A stretch of DNA of 55,472 bases from an uncultured Sphingomonadaceae bacterium. GTDB lineage: Bacteria > Pseudomonadota > Alphaproteobacteria > Sphingomonadales > Sphingomonadaceae. Below, piece after piece: positions 17,914 through 28,083 of this stretch. The notes under the pieces are model-generated. The model searched no databases and was not told the DNA's origin. It was given only the letters and a program-made list of their open reading frames with translations. A program made the position numbers and the translations under genes. The stretch is taken from positions 1 to 55,472 of the forward strand of contig CAZWEY010000001.1 of the NCBI GenBank assembly GCA_964632055.1, written 5' to 3'. How positions within the stretch are numbered: the stretch's first letter is position 1; each line of letters starts with the position of its first letter.

Positions 17914-18918
17914 TCAGTCGGCCGGTTCCGGCGCAAGTTTGGCGCGGATGAAATCGGCGCTGGTGTCATAATGCTCCGCCAGGCGCGCCTTGCCAAGCAT
18001 GCCGGCCCAATAGGCGTCTGTTCCGAAGCTGACTTGCGCCCGCTTGAGGCTGCGGGTGAACAGCTGCAGGTCATATTCCTCGGTGATGCCGATGGCCGCA
18101 AAGCAGGCATGGGCAACAGAGGCCACGGTGTTGGCCGCCTCGCCCGTCACGCTCTTGGCCACCGCCACGCGCAGCGGCGAGAGCGTGGCGCCCTCAGAGG
18201 TAAAGCCCAGCCGGGCGGCGGTTTCGGCGATGACCGCCTGCTCAGCCATCTGGGCCGTCATGTGCTGGATCGCCTGGAATTTCGACAGCGGTTTGCCGAA
18301 CTGCTTGCGCTCGTTCACATAGTCGAGCGTCATCTGCATCACCTTGTTGAGCGCACCCGACATCAGCAGCGAGGTGATGGCCGCTGACCAGACCAGCAGG
18401 TCTTCGCCCTCCAGCGTGAATGTGGCAAGCGGAGCAGCGCCCGCGTACAGTTCGGCTGCGATGTAGCCGAAGCCGTCTCGCTCTCCTGCCACCAGCGGGC
18501 GCACGGAAAAGCCATTGCCCTGCTGCACCAGCGCATGGCCTGCTTCCCAGATCGCGGGTGCGGCTTGAGAGCGCAGCTTGCCTGCTTCATTGAGAGGCCA
18601 CAGCACCACCGGGCCATCGACGCCAAGCTCTGCCCCTGCCTTGCTGGCCAGCAGGCGGGCCACCATGGTCTGCGCGAAAGCGACCGGCAGCAGGCGCTCG
18701 CCCGCCGCCACGATCAGAGGCACGACGGTTGCCGTGTCGAAACCTGCGCCGCCCGCATCTTCGCTCAGAAGCGCATCGACAAAGCCCGATTCCTGCACCG
18801 CTTCCCATATGGCGTCGGTGGAGTGGCCTTCCTGCACACTGCGGATCGCAGCATTGTCCGACACGCTGTCGAGCAGGCCGGAGAAGCTATCGAGAAAAAT
18901 ATCGTCCAGTTCGATCAT
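17914..18918 (-). CDS. acyl-CoA dehydrogenase family protein, short (beta-like) subunit
   Basis: It is 334 aa with an ACAD fold pattern (RKQFGKPLSKFQAIQHM) but lacks a recognisable C-terminal catalytic block. Its ATG overlaps the upstream ACAD stop (ATGA 18915-18918). Confidence 0.75.
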   Translation of the reverse strand: MIELDDIFLDSFSGLLDSVSDNAAIRSVQEGHSTDAIWEAVQESGFVDALLSEDAGGAGFDTATVVPLIVAAGERLLPVAFAQTMVARLLASKAGAELGVDGPVVLWPLNEAGKLRSQAAPAIWEAGHALVQQGNGFSVRPLVAGERDGFGYIAAELYAGAAPLATFTLEGEDLLVWSAAITSLLMSGALNKVMQMTLDYVNERKQFGKPLSKFQAIQHMTAQMAEQAVIAETAARLGFTSEGATLSPLRVAVAKSVTGEAANTVASVAHACFAAIGITEEYDLQLFTRSLKRAQVSFGTDAYWAGMLGKARLAEHYDTSADFIRAKLAPEPAD

Positions 18919-20072
18919 CGCAGGCCAAGCCCCCGTGCAATCATGCCCCTCAGGATTTCGCGCGTACCGCCGCGCAGCGAGTAGGCCGGGCTGACCTGCA
19001 TCACATAAGCGAGCGTGCGCATCAGTTCGGCATCTCCCGCGGCATCGGGATCGGCCCCGACAAGACGGGCGATTTCCATCGGCACGTCCTGTTCCATGGT
19101 GGTGCCGATATCCTTGATCAGCGCGGCTTCCAGAACGGGCGATTCGCCTTCGACAAGGCGCCCGGTGATCGCGACCGACATTTCGCGCAGCGCCGCCATG
19201 CGGGCGATAAGCCGGCCGAGCGAGACTTCGCTGAGGCGATCCGAGCCAGCCTTGCGCAGATATTCCGCCCAGATGTCGAGCAGGACGATGCTGGAATAGA
19301 TACGTTCCGGCCCGCTGCGCTCGAAGGCGAGTTCGGCATTGACCTGCGCCCAGCCATTGCCTTCCTCTCCGATCAGCGCATCGGCGGGCAGGCGCACATC
19401 CTCGAAGAACACTTCGTTGAAATGGGTGTCGCCAGCCAGATCCTTGATGCCGCGCACAGTGACGCCGGGCGCCTTCAGCGGAATGAGCAGCTGAGACAGG
19501 CCCTTCTGGCGATCGTCAGGCTCGCCCGAAGTGCGGACCAGCGCGATCATGTAGTCGGATTCATGCGCGTATGTGGTCCAGATCTTCTGGCCATTGAGCA
19601 CCCACTCGTCGCCATCCTTCACCGCGCGGCTGCGCACGCTGGCAAGGTCGGAGCCGGAATTGGGCTCGCTCATGCCGATGCAGAAGAAGGCCTCGCCGCG
19701 GCAGATCGCCGGGATCAGCGTATTACGCTGTTCGTCCGTGCCGTAGTGAAGGAGCAGCGGCGCGCTCTGCCGGTCGCCGATCCAGTGCGCGGCCACCGGC
19801 GCACCATAGGCGAGCAGTTCCTCGACCAGCACGAAGCGGTGGAAGAAGCTCATCCCGCCGCCGCCATATTCCTTGGGGATGGTCAGGCCGAGCCAGCCCT
19901 GCCTGCCCAGCGCCTGGCTGAATTCGCGGTCGAAACCCTGCCAGCTCAGCGCGCGCTTGTGCGGCGGGCGCTTGGCCGTCCAGTCCTTCAGAAAGGTCTT
20001 GATTTCCGAACGGAACGCTTCCGCTTCGGCGGGCAGCGGCGTCGCCCGGAACGTATGTGCAAAATTGGTCAT
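18915..20072 (-). CDS. acyl-CoA dehydrogenase (alpha-like subunit)
   Basis: It has MSEPNSGSDLASVRS and GQKIWTTYA. The start moves to MTNFAHTF (ATG 20072), which follows GGAGA. Confidence 0.85.
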   Translation of the reverse strand: MTNFAHTFRATPLPAEAEAFRSEIKTFLKDWTAKRPPHKRALSWQGFDREFSQALGRQGWLGLTIPKEYGGGGMSFFHRFVLVEELLAYGAPVAAHWIGDRQSAPLLLHYGTDEQRNTLIPAICRGEAFFCIGMSEPNSGSDLASVRSRAVKDGDEWVLNGQKIWTTYAHESDYMIALVRTSGEPDDRQKGLSQLLIPLKAPGVTVRGIKDLAGDTHFNEVFFEDVRLPADALIGEEGNGWAQVNAELAFERSGPERIYSSIVLLDIWAEYLRKAGSDRLSEVSLGRLIARMAALREMSVAITGRLVEGESPVLEAALIKDIGTTMEQDVPMEIARLVGADPDAAGDAELMRTLAYVMQVSPAYSLRGGTREILRGMIARGLGLR

Positions 20073-20189
20073 AGCATCTCCAGAGCCATTTCCCATGCCC
20101 TGCCTTGCACCCGCAAGGCAAGAGATAGCAGACGACAGGGCCTGCGCCCTGCCGTCCTTGCCAGCCCTGCATCCCTCCAAACTTCAGTT

Positions 20190-21929
20190 TCAGGCATCCA
20201 CAGGCCGGTTAACCCTCGCCTGCTCGGCGATGTGATTGACCGCGGCATAGCCGAACGCCATGCCGGGCCCGATCGTGCCGCCGGCGCCCGGATAGCAATT
20301 CCCGAAGGGCGAACCCGAAGCGTTGCCTGCTGCATAGAGGCCGGGGATAGGCTTGTCCTTGGTGTCGACAACCTGTCCGTTAGCATCAGTCTTGAGACCA
20401 CCCTTCATGCCCAGTTCGCCCAGATTGACCGGGATGGCATAGAACGGCGCCTTGCGGATCGGCCCCAGATTGACGTTGGGCGCGCATTTCGGATCGCCGA
20501 AATTGTTGTCATAGGGGCTGTCGCCGCGGCCGAATTCCGGGTCTTTCCCGTTTTTCGCATATTCGTTCATATTGGCGACGACGCGTTCGAGCTTGTCCGG
20601 ATCGAGATCGATCTTTCGCGCCAGTTCCGAGATGGAGTCGGCTTTCCAGATATAGTGGTCCCACCATTCGACCGGGATCGACCGATCGGGCATGATCTGG
20701 CTGGGCAGGATGCCGCCGGCGGTGAACTGGTGGCGGAACTTGGCGTCGAACACCAGCCAGCACGGCGCATTGGCGCCGGTCTTTTCGGCATCGGCCAGCA
20801 TGGCGTTGCCGAAGCGGTCATAGCCTTGCGATTCGTTGGTGAAACGGTCGCCATTGCGATTGACGCAGACCGAATAGGGGCGGCCCACATCGAAGGTCGC
20901 ATGGTGGTTTTCGACATGGTTCGACGCGTTCTGGATCGGCAGTGTCATGATCGGCGTCATCCACGCGGTTTCGGTGAACTCGGTCGCCGCGCCGATTTCC
21001 ATGCCCGCTTCCATCAGCGCGCCGGTGTTCATGTATTGCGGGGAAGACGGCAGCTTGAGATCGCCCGGATGGCGCATGAACCTATCGCGCAGTTTCTGGT
21101 TCCAGTCGAACCCGCCGGAGCAGTTCACCACGCCGTGGCGCGCGCGATAGGTGATTTTCTTGCCGAACCATTCGGTCTCGACACCCGCTACCTTGCCGTC
21201 CTCGACGATGAATTTTTTCGTGTCATTGTCGAGCTTGATATCGACGCCACGCTCGATCAGCTTTTCGGCAAAGGGCGCAATCAGCGCGCCGCCCATCACC
21301 ATGGTCGAATCATGCTTGGTTTTGAGGCGCGTGCTGACATCCAGCCAGTAGCGCCCGACAACGGTGAGGAAGGCCTTGATCCAGCCGGGGCTTTGCGTCG
21401 AGATGACGCCGGCTTCCTCGAAATCCATCGAATAGCGGTTGAACATCTTGTAGCGCGTGAACTGCTCGCGCATGACGAAGAACCATTTACCGAGCTTCTT
21501 GCCGTCATATTTCGGGAAGACGATGGAGCGGTCGGCGCGAGCGCCCGGATATTCCGAAAAATAGTCCGGCCAGGGCATGTAGTTGAACTTGATACCCAGC
21601 TTCTGGACGTACTGCATCATGTCCCGCCCATGGCGCAGGAACGAACGCAGCTTGTCCTCGCGCGCGGCAGGATCGCATACCGACTTGAGGTAGAGCATCG
21701 ACTCTTCCTCGCTATCGGGCGTTTCGCCTTCATTGCCGAAGCCGTGGTTCGGGATCCAGATCACGCCGCCAGACGTGATCGAAGTGCCGCCAAAACGCGC
21801 GCCTTTTTCGAGCAGCAAGACCTTGAAACCGAACTCTGTCGCGCGCAGCGCGGCCATGCAGCCCGCGCCGCCCGTGCCCACGACGATGACGTCATATTCG
21901 CTGTCTGCGCCCTTGCCGCTGGTGGTCAT
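20190..21929 (-). CDS. FAD-dependent oxidoreductase, 3-ketosteroid delta-dehydrogenase (KstD)-like
   Basis: It has the N-terminal dinucleotide fold YDVIVVGTGGAGCMAAL...LLEKGARFGGTSITSGGVIWIPN and the C-terminal IPGLYAAGNASGSPFGNCYPGAGGTIGPGMAFGY, both very KstD-like. The start is at MTTSGK after GAGAGGGA. Confidence 0.75.
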   Translation of the reverse strand: MTTSGKGADSEYDVIVVGTGGAGCMAALRATEFGFKVLLLEKGARFGGTSITSGGVIWIPNHGFGNEGETPDSEEESMLYLKSVCDPAAREDKLRSFLRHGRDMMQYVQKLGIKFNYMPWPDYFSEYPGARADRSIVFPKYDGKKLGKWFFVMREQFTRYKMFNRYSMDFEEAGVISTQSPGWIKAFLTVVGRYWLDVSTRLKTKHDSTMVMGGALIAPFAEKLIERGVDIKLDNDTKKFIVEDGKVAGVETEWFGKKITYRARHGVVNCSGGFDWNQKLRDRFMRHPGDLKLPSSPQYMNTGALMEAGMEIGAATEFTETAWMTPIMTLPIQNASNHVENHHATFDVGRPYSVCVNRNGDRFTNESQGYDRFGNAMLADAEKTGANAPCWLVFDAKFRHQFTAGGILPSQIMPDRSIPVEWWDHYIWKADSISELARKIDLDPDKLERVVANMNEYAKNGKDPEFGRGDSPYDNNFGDPKCAPNVNLGPIRKAPFYAIPVNLGELGMKGGLKTDANGQVVDTKDKPIPGLYAAGNASGSPFGNCYPGAGGTIGPGMAFGYAAVNHIAEQARVNRPVDA

Positions 21930-21985
21930 ACCTGTCCCTCTCTTTGCCTCATTGCGTCCCTGCCCAAGTTTTCCGCCCGATGCAA

Positions 21986-22780
21986 TCAGGCGGCGCTGGT
22001 TGGATCGTAGCCTTCCAGTGCCGGGCGTTCGGCCAGTGTCGGGAAGCGGGTTAACTGGTTGCCGCCATTGACCTGCAAATTCAGCCCGGTGACATAAGAC
22101 GGGCCGGCAAGCCACAGGCAGGCATCGGCGAAGTCCTCAGGGCTGCCGATCCGGCGCAGCGGGATTTCCCCGATATAGGATTCTTCCATTCCCTCGACCC
22201 CCCATAGCGGCGAAGACATTTCGGAACGGATGGCGCCGGGCAGGATCGAATTCACCTTGATGTTGAACGGCCCATATTCCGCCGCGGCATAGCGCACCAG
22301 GCAATCTGCCGCCGCCTTGGCGCAGGCATAGGGATAGACATATTCCATGATATGGGTGGTGACCATCGACGAGAACAGCATGATCGAGCCGCCGCCGGTC
22401 TTTTTCATCGCTTCGGCGATGTGGCGCACGAAATAGACGCAGCCATAGAAATCGACATCCATCGCATGGCGCAAATCTTCCATCGGCGCGTTGGTAATGG
22501 TGCCGCCCATCGGCAGTCCGGCGGCGTTGCAGGCCACATCGATGCGGCCGTATTTTTCGAGCGTGAAATCGACCAGCGCCTTGATCTGCTCTTCGCTGGC
22601 GACATCGCAGCCGATCCACGCGCCGCCTGTTTCAGCCGCGAGTTTGGCCAGCGGTTCGGTCCGGCGCGCGGCAACGACCAGCTTTGCTCCTTCTGCGGCA
22701 AAGCGCTTGGCCACCGCCCAGCCCGAGCCGGCTTCCGCCGATGCGCCCAAAACGATGGCGACCTTGTCCTTCAGAACCAT
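21986..22780 (-). CDS. short-chain dehydrogenase/reductase
   Basis: It has an atypical glycine motif VLGASAEAGSGWAV and the catalytic YACAK. I prefer ATG 22780 to GTG 22786 because of its spacing from AGGAGA. Confidence 0.82.
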   Translation of the reverse strand: MVLKDKVAIVLGASAEAGSGWAVAKRFAAEGAKLVVAARRTEPLAKLAAETGGAWIGCDVASEEQIKALVDFTLEKYGRIDVACNAAGLPMGGTITNAPMEDLRHAMDVDFYGCVYFVRHIAEAMKKTGGGSIMLFSSMVTTHIMEYVYPYACAKAAADCLVRYAAAEYGPFNIKVNSILPGAIRSEMSSPLWGVEGMEESYIGEIPLRRIGSPEDFADACLWLAGPSYVTGLNLQVNGGNQLTRFPTLAERPALEGYDPTSAA

Positions 22781-22966
22781 TTCCACTCTCTCCTGCGCCT
22801 AAGCAATGCCTGATCTCTATCGCATAGCGGCGGTGCCACTGGGCCTCAATAGCAACCACCTGAAAGCAAAACTGCATCACGTGGTAGGCAAGGAACAGGA
22901 AAACCGTCTTGCCCAAATCCGTGGGATGCTGTTTGTGCTCGCCCATTCAGGAGAAAAGGGATCACA

Positions 22967-23971
22967 ATGCGTCAATATGAACTCGCAGCCGAGCGCGGCC
23001 TCGACAACCTGACCATCGTCGAGCGTGAGACGCCAAAACCGGGCGCGGGCGAAATTCTGGTGCGCCTGCGGGCGACCTCGCTCAACTTCCATGACTATAT
23101 CGTGGTGATGGGCTGGTTCCCGGCTGACAATGGCCGCATCCCGATGTCCGATGGCGCAGGCGTGGTCGAGGCGGTTGGCGAAGGCGTGACCCAATTCAAG
23201 GCGGGCGACCGCGTGATGGGCACCTTCTTTGCCGACTGGGTCGACGGGCCGGTGGATGCCACGCGCGTCTCGCGCATGCGAGGCGATCAGGTCGATGGCT
23301 ACATGGCCGAATATGTCGCGCGTCCGGCGGATGATTTCACGCTGATCCCCGATGGCCTGTCTTTCGAGGAAGCCTCCACCCTGCCTTGCGCGGGGCTGAC
23401 GGCATGGCGCGGGCTGATTGTCGAAGCGCAGATCAAGCCGGGCGATGTCGTGCTGGTGCAGGGCAGCGGCGGCGTTTCCGTCTTCGCGCTGCAATTTGCC
23501 CGCATGGCCGGCGCGACGGTGATCGCCACCACATCGTCGGATGCCAAGGCGCAGAAGCTGCGCGAGCTGGGCGCAACCCATGTCATCAATTACAACACCA
23601 CGCCCGAATGGCACAAGGAAGCCGTGGCGCTGACCGGCGGGCGCGGCGTTGACGTGCTGGTCGAGGTCGTGGGCGGCGAGGGCATCGTCCAGTCGATCGG
23701 CGCGGTGCGCACCGGCGGCGCGATCGTCCTTGTCGGCGCGCTGAGCCGCAAGCCGCTCCAGTTTCCGATGCTGGGCCTGTTGAACGGCAACAAGCGCATG
23801 ATCGGTATCACGGTTGGCAGCCGCAAGGAACAGGAAGAAATGGTCGCGGCTATCAGAGCCTCTGGCATGAAGCCTGTTGTGTCGGACGTCTTCCCGTTCG
23901 AAAAGCTGGCCGACGCCTTCCGCCACCAGGAAGCGCACGGCCATTTCGGCAAGATCTGCGTATCGATCTGA
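22967..23971 (+). CDS. medium-chain (zinc-type/quinone oxidoreductase-like) dehydrogenase/reductase
   Basis: It shows the MDR pattern GEILVRLRATSLNFHD...VLVQGSGGVSVFALQFA. An AAGGGA RBS precedes the start. Confidence 0.85.
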   Translation: MRQYELAAERGLDNLTIVERETPKPGAGEILVRLRATSLNFHDYIVVMGWFPADNGRIPMSDGAGVVEAVGEGVTQFKAGDRVMGTFFADWVDGPVDATRVSRMRGDQVDGYMAEYVARPADDFTLIPDGLSFEEASTLPCAGLTAWRGLIVEAQIKPGDVVLVQGSGGVSVFALQFARMAGATVIATTSSDAKAQKLRELGATHVINYNTTPEWHKEAVALTGGRGVDVLVEVVGGEGIVQSIGAVRTGGAIVLVGALSRKPLQFPMLGLLNGNKRMIGITVGSRKEQEEMVAAIRASGMKPVVSDVFPFEKLADAFRHQEAHGHFGKICVSI

Positions 23972-23981
23972 GGAGAAGCAC

Positions 23982-25619
23982 ATGCAAGGGATGCTGGAGG
24001 GAACATTGCCGGGGCTGATGCAACAGGCTCCGCTGATGATCAGCGGCATCCTGCGCCATGCCGCGGCGGCCCATGGCGAGCGGGAAATCGTCTCCCGCCT
24101 CGTCGGTGAGCCGGACTGGCGCTATGATTATGCAGGGCTTGCCGAGCGTGCGGCGCGCCTTGCCAATGCGCTTGGCGGCCTTGGCGTCAAGGCGGGGGAC
24201 CGCGTCACCTCGCTGGCGTGGAATACGCATCGTCACCTTGAGATGTTCTATGGCATCCCCGGCATGGGGGTGGTGCTGAACACCGGCAACCCCCGCTTTT
24301 CCGAAGATCAGCTGGTCTATACCGTCAACCACGCCGCCTCGCGCGTGCTTTTGTTCGACAAGAGTTTTGCCGGTCTTGTCGCAAAGCTTGCACCCCAGAT
24401 GCCTACGGTGGAGCATTTCGTCGTGCTGTCTGACGAGGCGACGCATGATCCGGGCGCGATCGGCGCGCTCTGCTACGAAAGCTTGCTCGCTTCCTCCTCG
24501 CCGGAGTTTGACTGGCCGCTGTTCGACGAGAATTCGGGCGCGTTCCTGTGCTACACGTCGGGCACCACGGGCGATCCCAAGGGCGTGCTCTATTCGCATC
24601 GATCGGTCGTGCTTCACGCCATGGGGGCGGGGCTTTCTGCAGCGCTCGGTTTTTCCGCCTTCGATGTCATCATGCCGTGCCAGTCGCTCTATCATGCCAC
24701 CGCATGGGGCCTGCCTTTCACCGCTGCGATCTGCGGCTGCAAGATGGTGCTGCCCTGCGACCGGTTCGACGGCGCATCGCTGCACAGCCTTATCCATGGC
24801 GAGGACGTGACCTTTTCAGGTGGCGTGCCGACGATCTGGACCATGTATCTCGATTACCTCGCCCGCATCGGCGGCAACACCGGCACGCTCGACCGGCTGG
24901 TGATCGGCGGCTCGGCCGTGCCGCGCGCCATGGCCGAGACTTTCCAGAAGACATACGGCGTCAAGGTGCGCCAGCTATGGGGCATGACCGAGACAAGTCC
25001 CTTGGGCGTCGTCGCAACCCCCACCCCCAAGCTCGCGGCGCTGGGCGAGGATGCCGAGGACGATGTCATCTGGACCCGGCAGGGCCGCCTCCAGTTCGGC
25101 ATCGAAATGGCCATCTGGGACGATGACGGCAATCCGCTGCCGCATGACGGCGAGGCATCGGGCCGGATCATGGTGCGCGGACCATGGGTGGTGCAGCGCT
25201 ATTTCAGGGCGGAAAAGGACGCGACGGATGCCAATGGCTGGTTCGACACCGGTGATATCGGCACGATCGATGATCTGGGCTTCATGCGGATCACCGACCG
25301 CGCCAAGGACGTCATCAAATCGGGCGGCGAATGGATCAGCTCGATCGACCTTGAAAACATCGCCGTCGCCTGCCCCGGCGTGAAGATCGCGGCCGTGGTC
25401 GGCGTGTTCCACCCCAAGTGGGAAGAGCGGCCCGTTCTGGTGATCGAGCCGCATGACGGCGCGAGCGTGACGGCGGATGATGTGCTGGCCTATCTCGACG
25501 GCAAGATCATCAAGTGGTGGACGCCCGATGCGGTCGAGATAGCGCCCGTCCCGCTCACCGCCACCGGCAAGATCGACAAGAAGGTGCTGCGCCAGCGCTA
25601 TGCCGACAGGTTGCGCTGA
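23982..25619 (+). CDS. acyl-CoA synthetase (AMP-forming, long/medium-chain type)
   Basis: It has the AMP-binding motif [11 protein letters not shown] plus the WFDTGDIG and KSGGEWISS blocks. The start is ATG 23982 after GAGGAG. Confidence 0.9.
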   Translation: MQGMLEGTLPGLMQQAPLMISGILRHAAAAHGEREIVSRLVGEPDWRYDYAGLAERAARLANALGGLGVKAGDRVTSLAWNTHRHLEMFYGIPGMGVVLNTGNPRFSEDQLVYTVNHAASRVLLFDKSFAGLVAKLAPQMPTVEHFVVLSDEATHDPGAIGALCYESLLASSSPEFDWPLFDENSGAFLCYTSGTTGDPKGVLYSHRSVVLHAMGAGLSAALGFSAFDVIMPCQSLYHATAWGLPFTAAICGCKMVLPCDRFDGASLHSLIHGEDVTFSGGVPTIWTMYLDYLARIGGNTGTLDRLVIGGSAVPRAMAETFQKTYGVKVRQLWGMTETSPLGVVATPTPKLAALGEDAEDDVIWTRQGRLQFGIEMAIWDDDGNPLPHDGEASGRIMVRGPWVVQRYFRAEKDATDANGWFDTGDIGTIDDLGFMRITDRAKDVIKSGGEWISSIDLENIAVACPGVKIAAVVGVFHPKWEERPVLVIEPHDGASVTADDVLAYLDGKIIKWWTPDAVEIAPVPLTATGKIDKKVLRQRYADRLR

Positions 25620-25758
25620 CCGGTTGCGCTGTCTGGCCTTCTGGCCCTGGGGCGCATAGGAATCTGTCTTGTCGGGAAACCGGCCTGCCGGGGCTTGGCA
25701 GTCTTGCGCAAGCATGGAATGACCATGGCCTGAAGCCAAAGCGATCACGGGAGTTACC

Positions 25759-26988
25759 ATGTCTGACGACAATTATCCGCTTACCCCCTATGACGAGTTC
25801 CCGGTCCACGCGACCCCCTATCCCGTCAGCTACACGCCCGCGACCGACTATAATTGGGACGAGGGCTATTATTTCGCGGTGATGAACCCTGAGCTGGGCA
25901 TCCAGTATTGCTGCGGCTTCCGTGTCAATCCGGCCACCGACATGATCGGCGGCTATGCCCTGCTCAACGTCAAGGGCATCCAGCGCACCTTCCGCTTCAG
26001 CCGCACATGGCGGCGCAATTTCAATCTGGAAGTCGGGCCGTTCAAGGTCGAGTTCGTGGAGCCTTTGAAGAAGATCCGCCTGACGCTGGGCGAAAACGAA
26101 AGCGGCATCAGCCACGACATACTATGGATCGGCTCCTGCCCGCCGCATCTGGAAGAGCACCACCTGGCTCATCGCCGTGGCCGCCGCACCACGGACCAGA
26201 GCCGCTATTCGCAACCCGGCATTGCTACCGGCACGCTGAGCCTCAATGACCAGACCTGGGACATGGCGGATGCGGGCTGGGTCGCCGTGCGCGACCATAG
26301 CTGGGGCCTTTATGTGGAGCGCCCGCCTTTTGCCGCCAACCCCAAATGGCTGCCGCCGGTCCTCGAAAACGAAAACGCCCGCGCGCTGCGCTTCTGGGTG
26401 ACGTTCCATTGCGGCGCGCTGTCGGGCTTCTATCACATGCACGAAGACAAGCACGGCGTGCAGCGCAAGCTGGACGATGTGTTCGGCACGCCGTTCGAAG
26501 GCAATTTCTATATCAATTGGGACGAGGAAGTGATCGAACTCGAAGCCTCCCGGCACGAGATCGTCTTCGTTCCCGGCACCCGCATGTTCCAGAGCGCGAA
26601 GGTCTATCTGACCGACAAGCAAGGCCGCGAATGGGTGCAGGAACTGGAAAGCTCCTGCCCGCCCTGGGTGATCCAGACGATGGGCTATACGCCGGGCAGC
26701 TGGAAGGATGGCGGCAGCTTCCATTGCTATCATGGCAATGAGGAGCTGTTCACCGAATGGGACGAGTTCGATTTCTCGGCCCAGCCCTTCGACTACACCC
26801 CCTATGGCGAGACCGGCAAGGACGAGCCGGACACGATGCACACGGGCCTCTCCTACAATGAGAAGATCCATGGCGTCGAATATGTCCTGCGGATCAAGAC
26901 CATCGCGCCCGATGGCAAGACCTATGAGGGTGCAGGCCAGCTGGAGCTGTTCCTGCAAGGGCCATATGAGCCTTATGGGTTTGAGTAA
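25759..26988 (+). CDS. hypothetical protein, no family recognised
   Basis: The 409-codon ORF has high GC3, a GGGAG RBS, and a clean terminator downstream. It is aromatic-rich and soluble, and contains an RDHSWG block. Confidence 0.7.
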   Translation: MSDDNYPLTPYDEFPVHATPYPVSYTPATDYNWDEGYYFAVMNPELGIQYCCGFRVNPATDMIGGYALLNVKGIQRTFRFSRTWRRNFNLEVGPFKVEFVEPLKKIRLTLGENESGISHDILWIGSCPPHLEEHHLAHRRGRRTTDQSRYSQPGIATGTLSLNDQTWDMADAGWVAVRDHSWGLYVERPPFAANPKWLPPVLENENARALRFWVTFHCGALSGFYHMHEDKHGVQRKLDDVFGTPFEGNFYINWDEEVIELEASRHEIVFVPGTRMFQSAKVYLTDKQGREWVQELESSCPPWVIQTMGYTPGSWKDGGSFHCYHGNEELFTEWDEFDFSAQPFDYTPYGETGKDEPDTMHTGLSYNEKIHGVEYVLRIKTIAPDGKTYEGAGQLELFLQGPYEPYGFE

Positions 26989-27009
26989 GCTCGATCACTC
27001 CTGCCATTG

Positions 27010-27048
27010 AAAAGACCCCGGAAGCGATGTGCTTCCGGGGTCTTTTTC
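27010..27048. terminator. bidirectional rho-independent terminator
   Basis: A perfect 12-bp stem GACCCCGGAAGC/GCTTCCGGGGTC with a 5-nt loop is flanked by an A-run upstream and TTTTT downstream. It sits between convergent genes. Confidence 0.75.
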
Positions 27049-27066
27049 ATGCGATTCGCGCGGGGA

Positions 27067-28053
27067 TCAGAATTCCAGCGAAACCGCGCCGAAGGGCCGC
27101 TGCGTCGCCATGTAGGTCAGGGCTTCCCTGGCATCCTCGAACTTGAAGCTCTTGTCGTGGATCACCTTGATGTTGCCCTTGTCGGCCTCGGCCTTGAAGA
27201 AGGCGAAAGCTTCGGCCCATTGTTCGGGTGTGCTGGTGTAAGCGCCATAGCCCTGGATGCTGACCCGGTTGAGAATGAGGTCTGACAGGGTGATGGTCGA
27301 CTGGCGGCCAGCGGCAAAGCCCAGAACGATCGCCTTGCAGTAGCGCCCGCCCGCCTTCACCGCTTCGGCGATGACCTGCCCGCCGACTGAATCGATGATG
27401 ATGTCAACGCCCGCGCCGCCGGTTTCGCGCATGATGTGCTCGGCGATGCTCTCCTTCGACAGGTCGATGATGTCGGTAAAGCCCATCGCGCGGGCCTGTT
27501 CGGCCTTGGCGGTGGAACCGGCGGTGGAGAAGACGCGCGCCGCGCCCATCGCCTTGGCCTGCTGGTAGGCGGCATTGCCGACCGAACCGCCGATCGCGGT
27601 GGCAAGCACGGTCTTGCCCGGCGCCATCCCCGCTTCCTTGAGCGCGAAATAGGCGGTGGGATAGGCAACGGCGGCCTGCGAGGCTGCGCCATCCGAAACG
27701 CTGTCGGGGATGATGCCGATATGATCGCGCTCGACCGCGCAATATTCGGCCCAGCTGCCGGGCGCCATGAAACCGTAGATAAAGGCGCCGAACATCACCC
27801 GGTCGCCCTTCTTCAGGTTCGACTTGCCCGGATCGACCACCACGCCTGCGCCCTGGTTGCCCGGAACGATGGGCAGGACTGCCGGCGGGAAGGTCGGCTC
27901 GTTTTCGTCATTGACGATTGCCTGGTCGAAGGGGACGACGCCCGGCGCGGTGAGCTTGACCAGAACCTGTGTGTCGGTGATCGCGGGCATGTCGCGTTCC
28001 ACCAGCTTGAGGTCCGCGGTGCCGGTCTGGCCTTCGATGAGCCATGATTTCAT
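27067..28053 (-). CDS. medium-chain dehydrogenase/reductase (quinone oxidoreductase-like)
   Basis: It shows the MDR pattern and the Rossmann motif VLATAIGGSVGNAAYQQA. An AGGAGA RBS precedes the start. Confidence 0.85.
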   Translation of the reverse strand: MKSWLIEGQTGTADLKLVERDMPAITDTQVLVKLTAPGVVPFDQAIVNDENEPTFPPAVLPIVPGNQGAGVVVDPGKSNLKKGDRVMFGAFIYGFMAPGSWAEYCAVERDHIGIIPDSVSDGAASQAAVAYPTAYFALKEAGMAPGKTVLATAIGGSVGNAAYQQAKAMGAARVFSTAGSTAKAEQARAMGFTDIIDLSKESIAEHIMRETGGAGVDIIIDSVGGQVIAEAVKAGGRYCKAIVLGFAAGRQSTITLSDLILNRVSIQGYGAYTSTPEQWAEAFAFFKAEADKGNIKVIHDKSFKFEDAREALTYMATQRPFGAVSLEF

Positions 28054-28083
28054 AATATATGTCTCCTGATGGAATAAAGAGGT

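Noticed and set aside
17898-18116. ORF-track extension of gloB (73 extra residues) overlapping the ACAD gene
   Set aside because: The extension is Pro/Ser/Arg-rich and overlaps the upstream ACAD 3' end. GloB homologues start at the MxxxxxP/F...DNY segment (MSLKVHQFACLDDNY).
18729-22010. 1093-aa plus-strand ORF spanning three minus-strand genes
   Set aside because: It is antisense to well-motifed ACAD and KstD-like genes. It has an Arg/Ala/Gly/His-rich low-complexity composition and no motifs, which is typical of a high-GC shadow ORF.
25604-25632. Direct repeat GGTTGCGCTG x2 at the end of the first CoA ligase gene
   Set aside because: It is a 10-nt duplication straddling the stop codon. It is too short and isolated to call a functional repeat.
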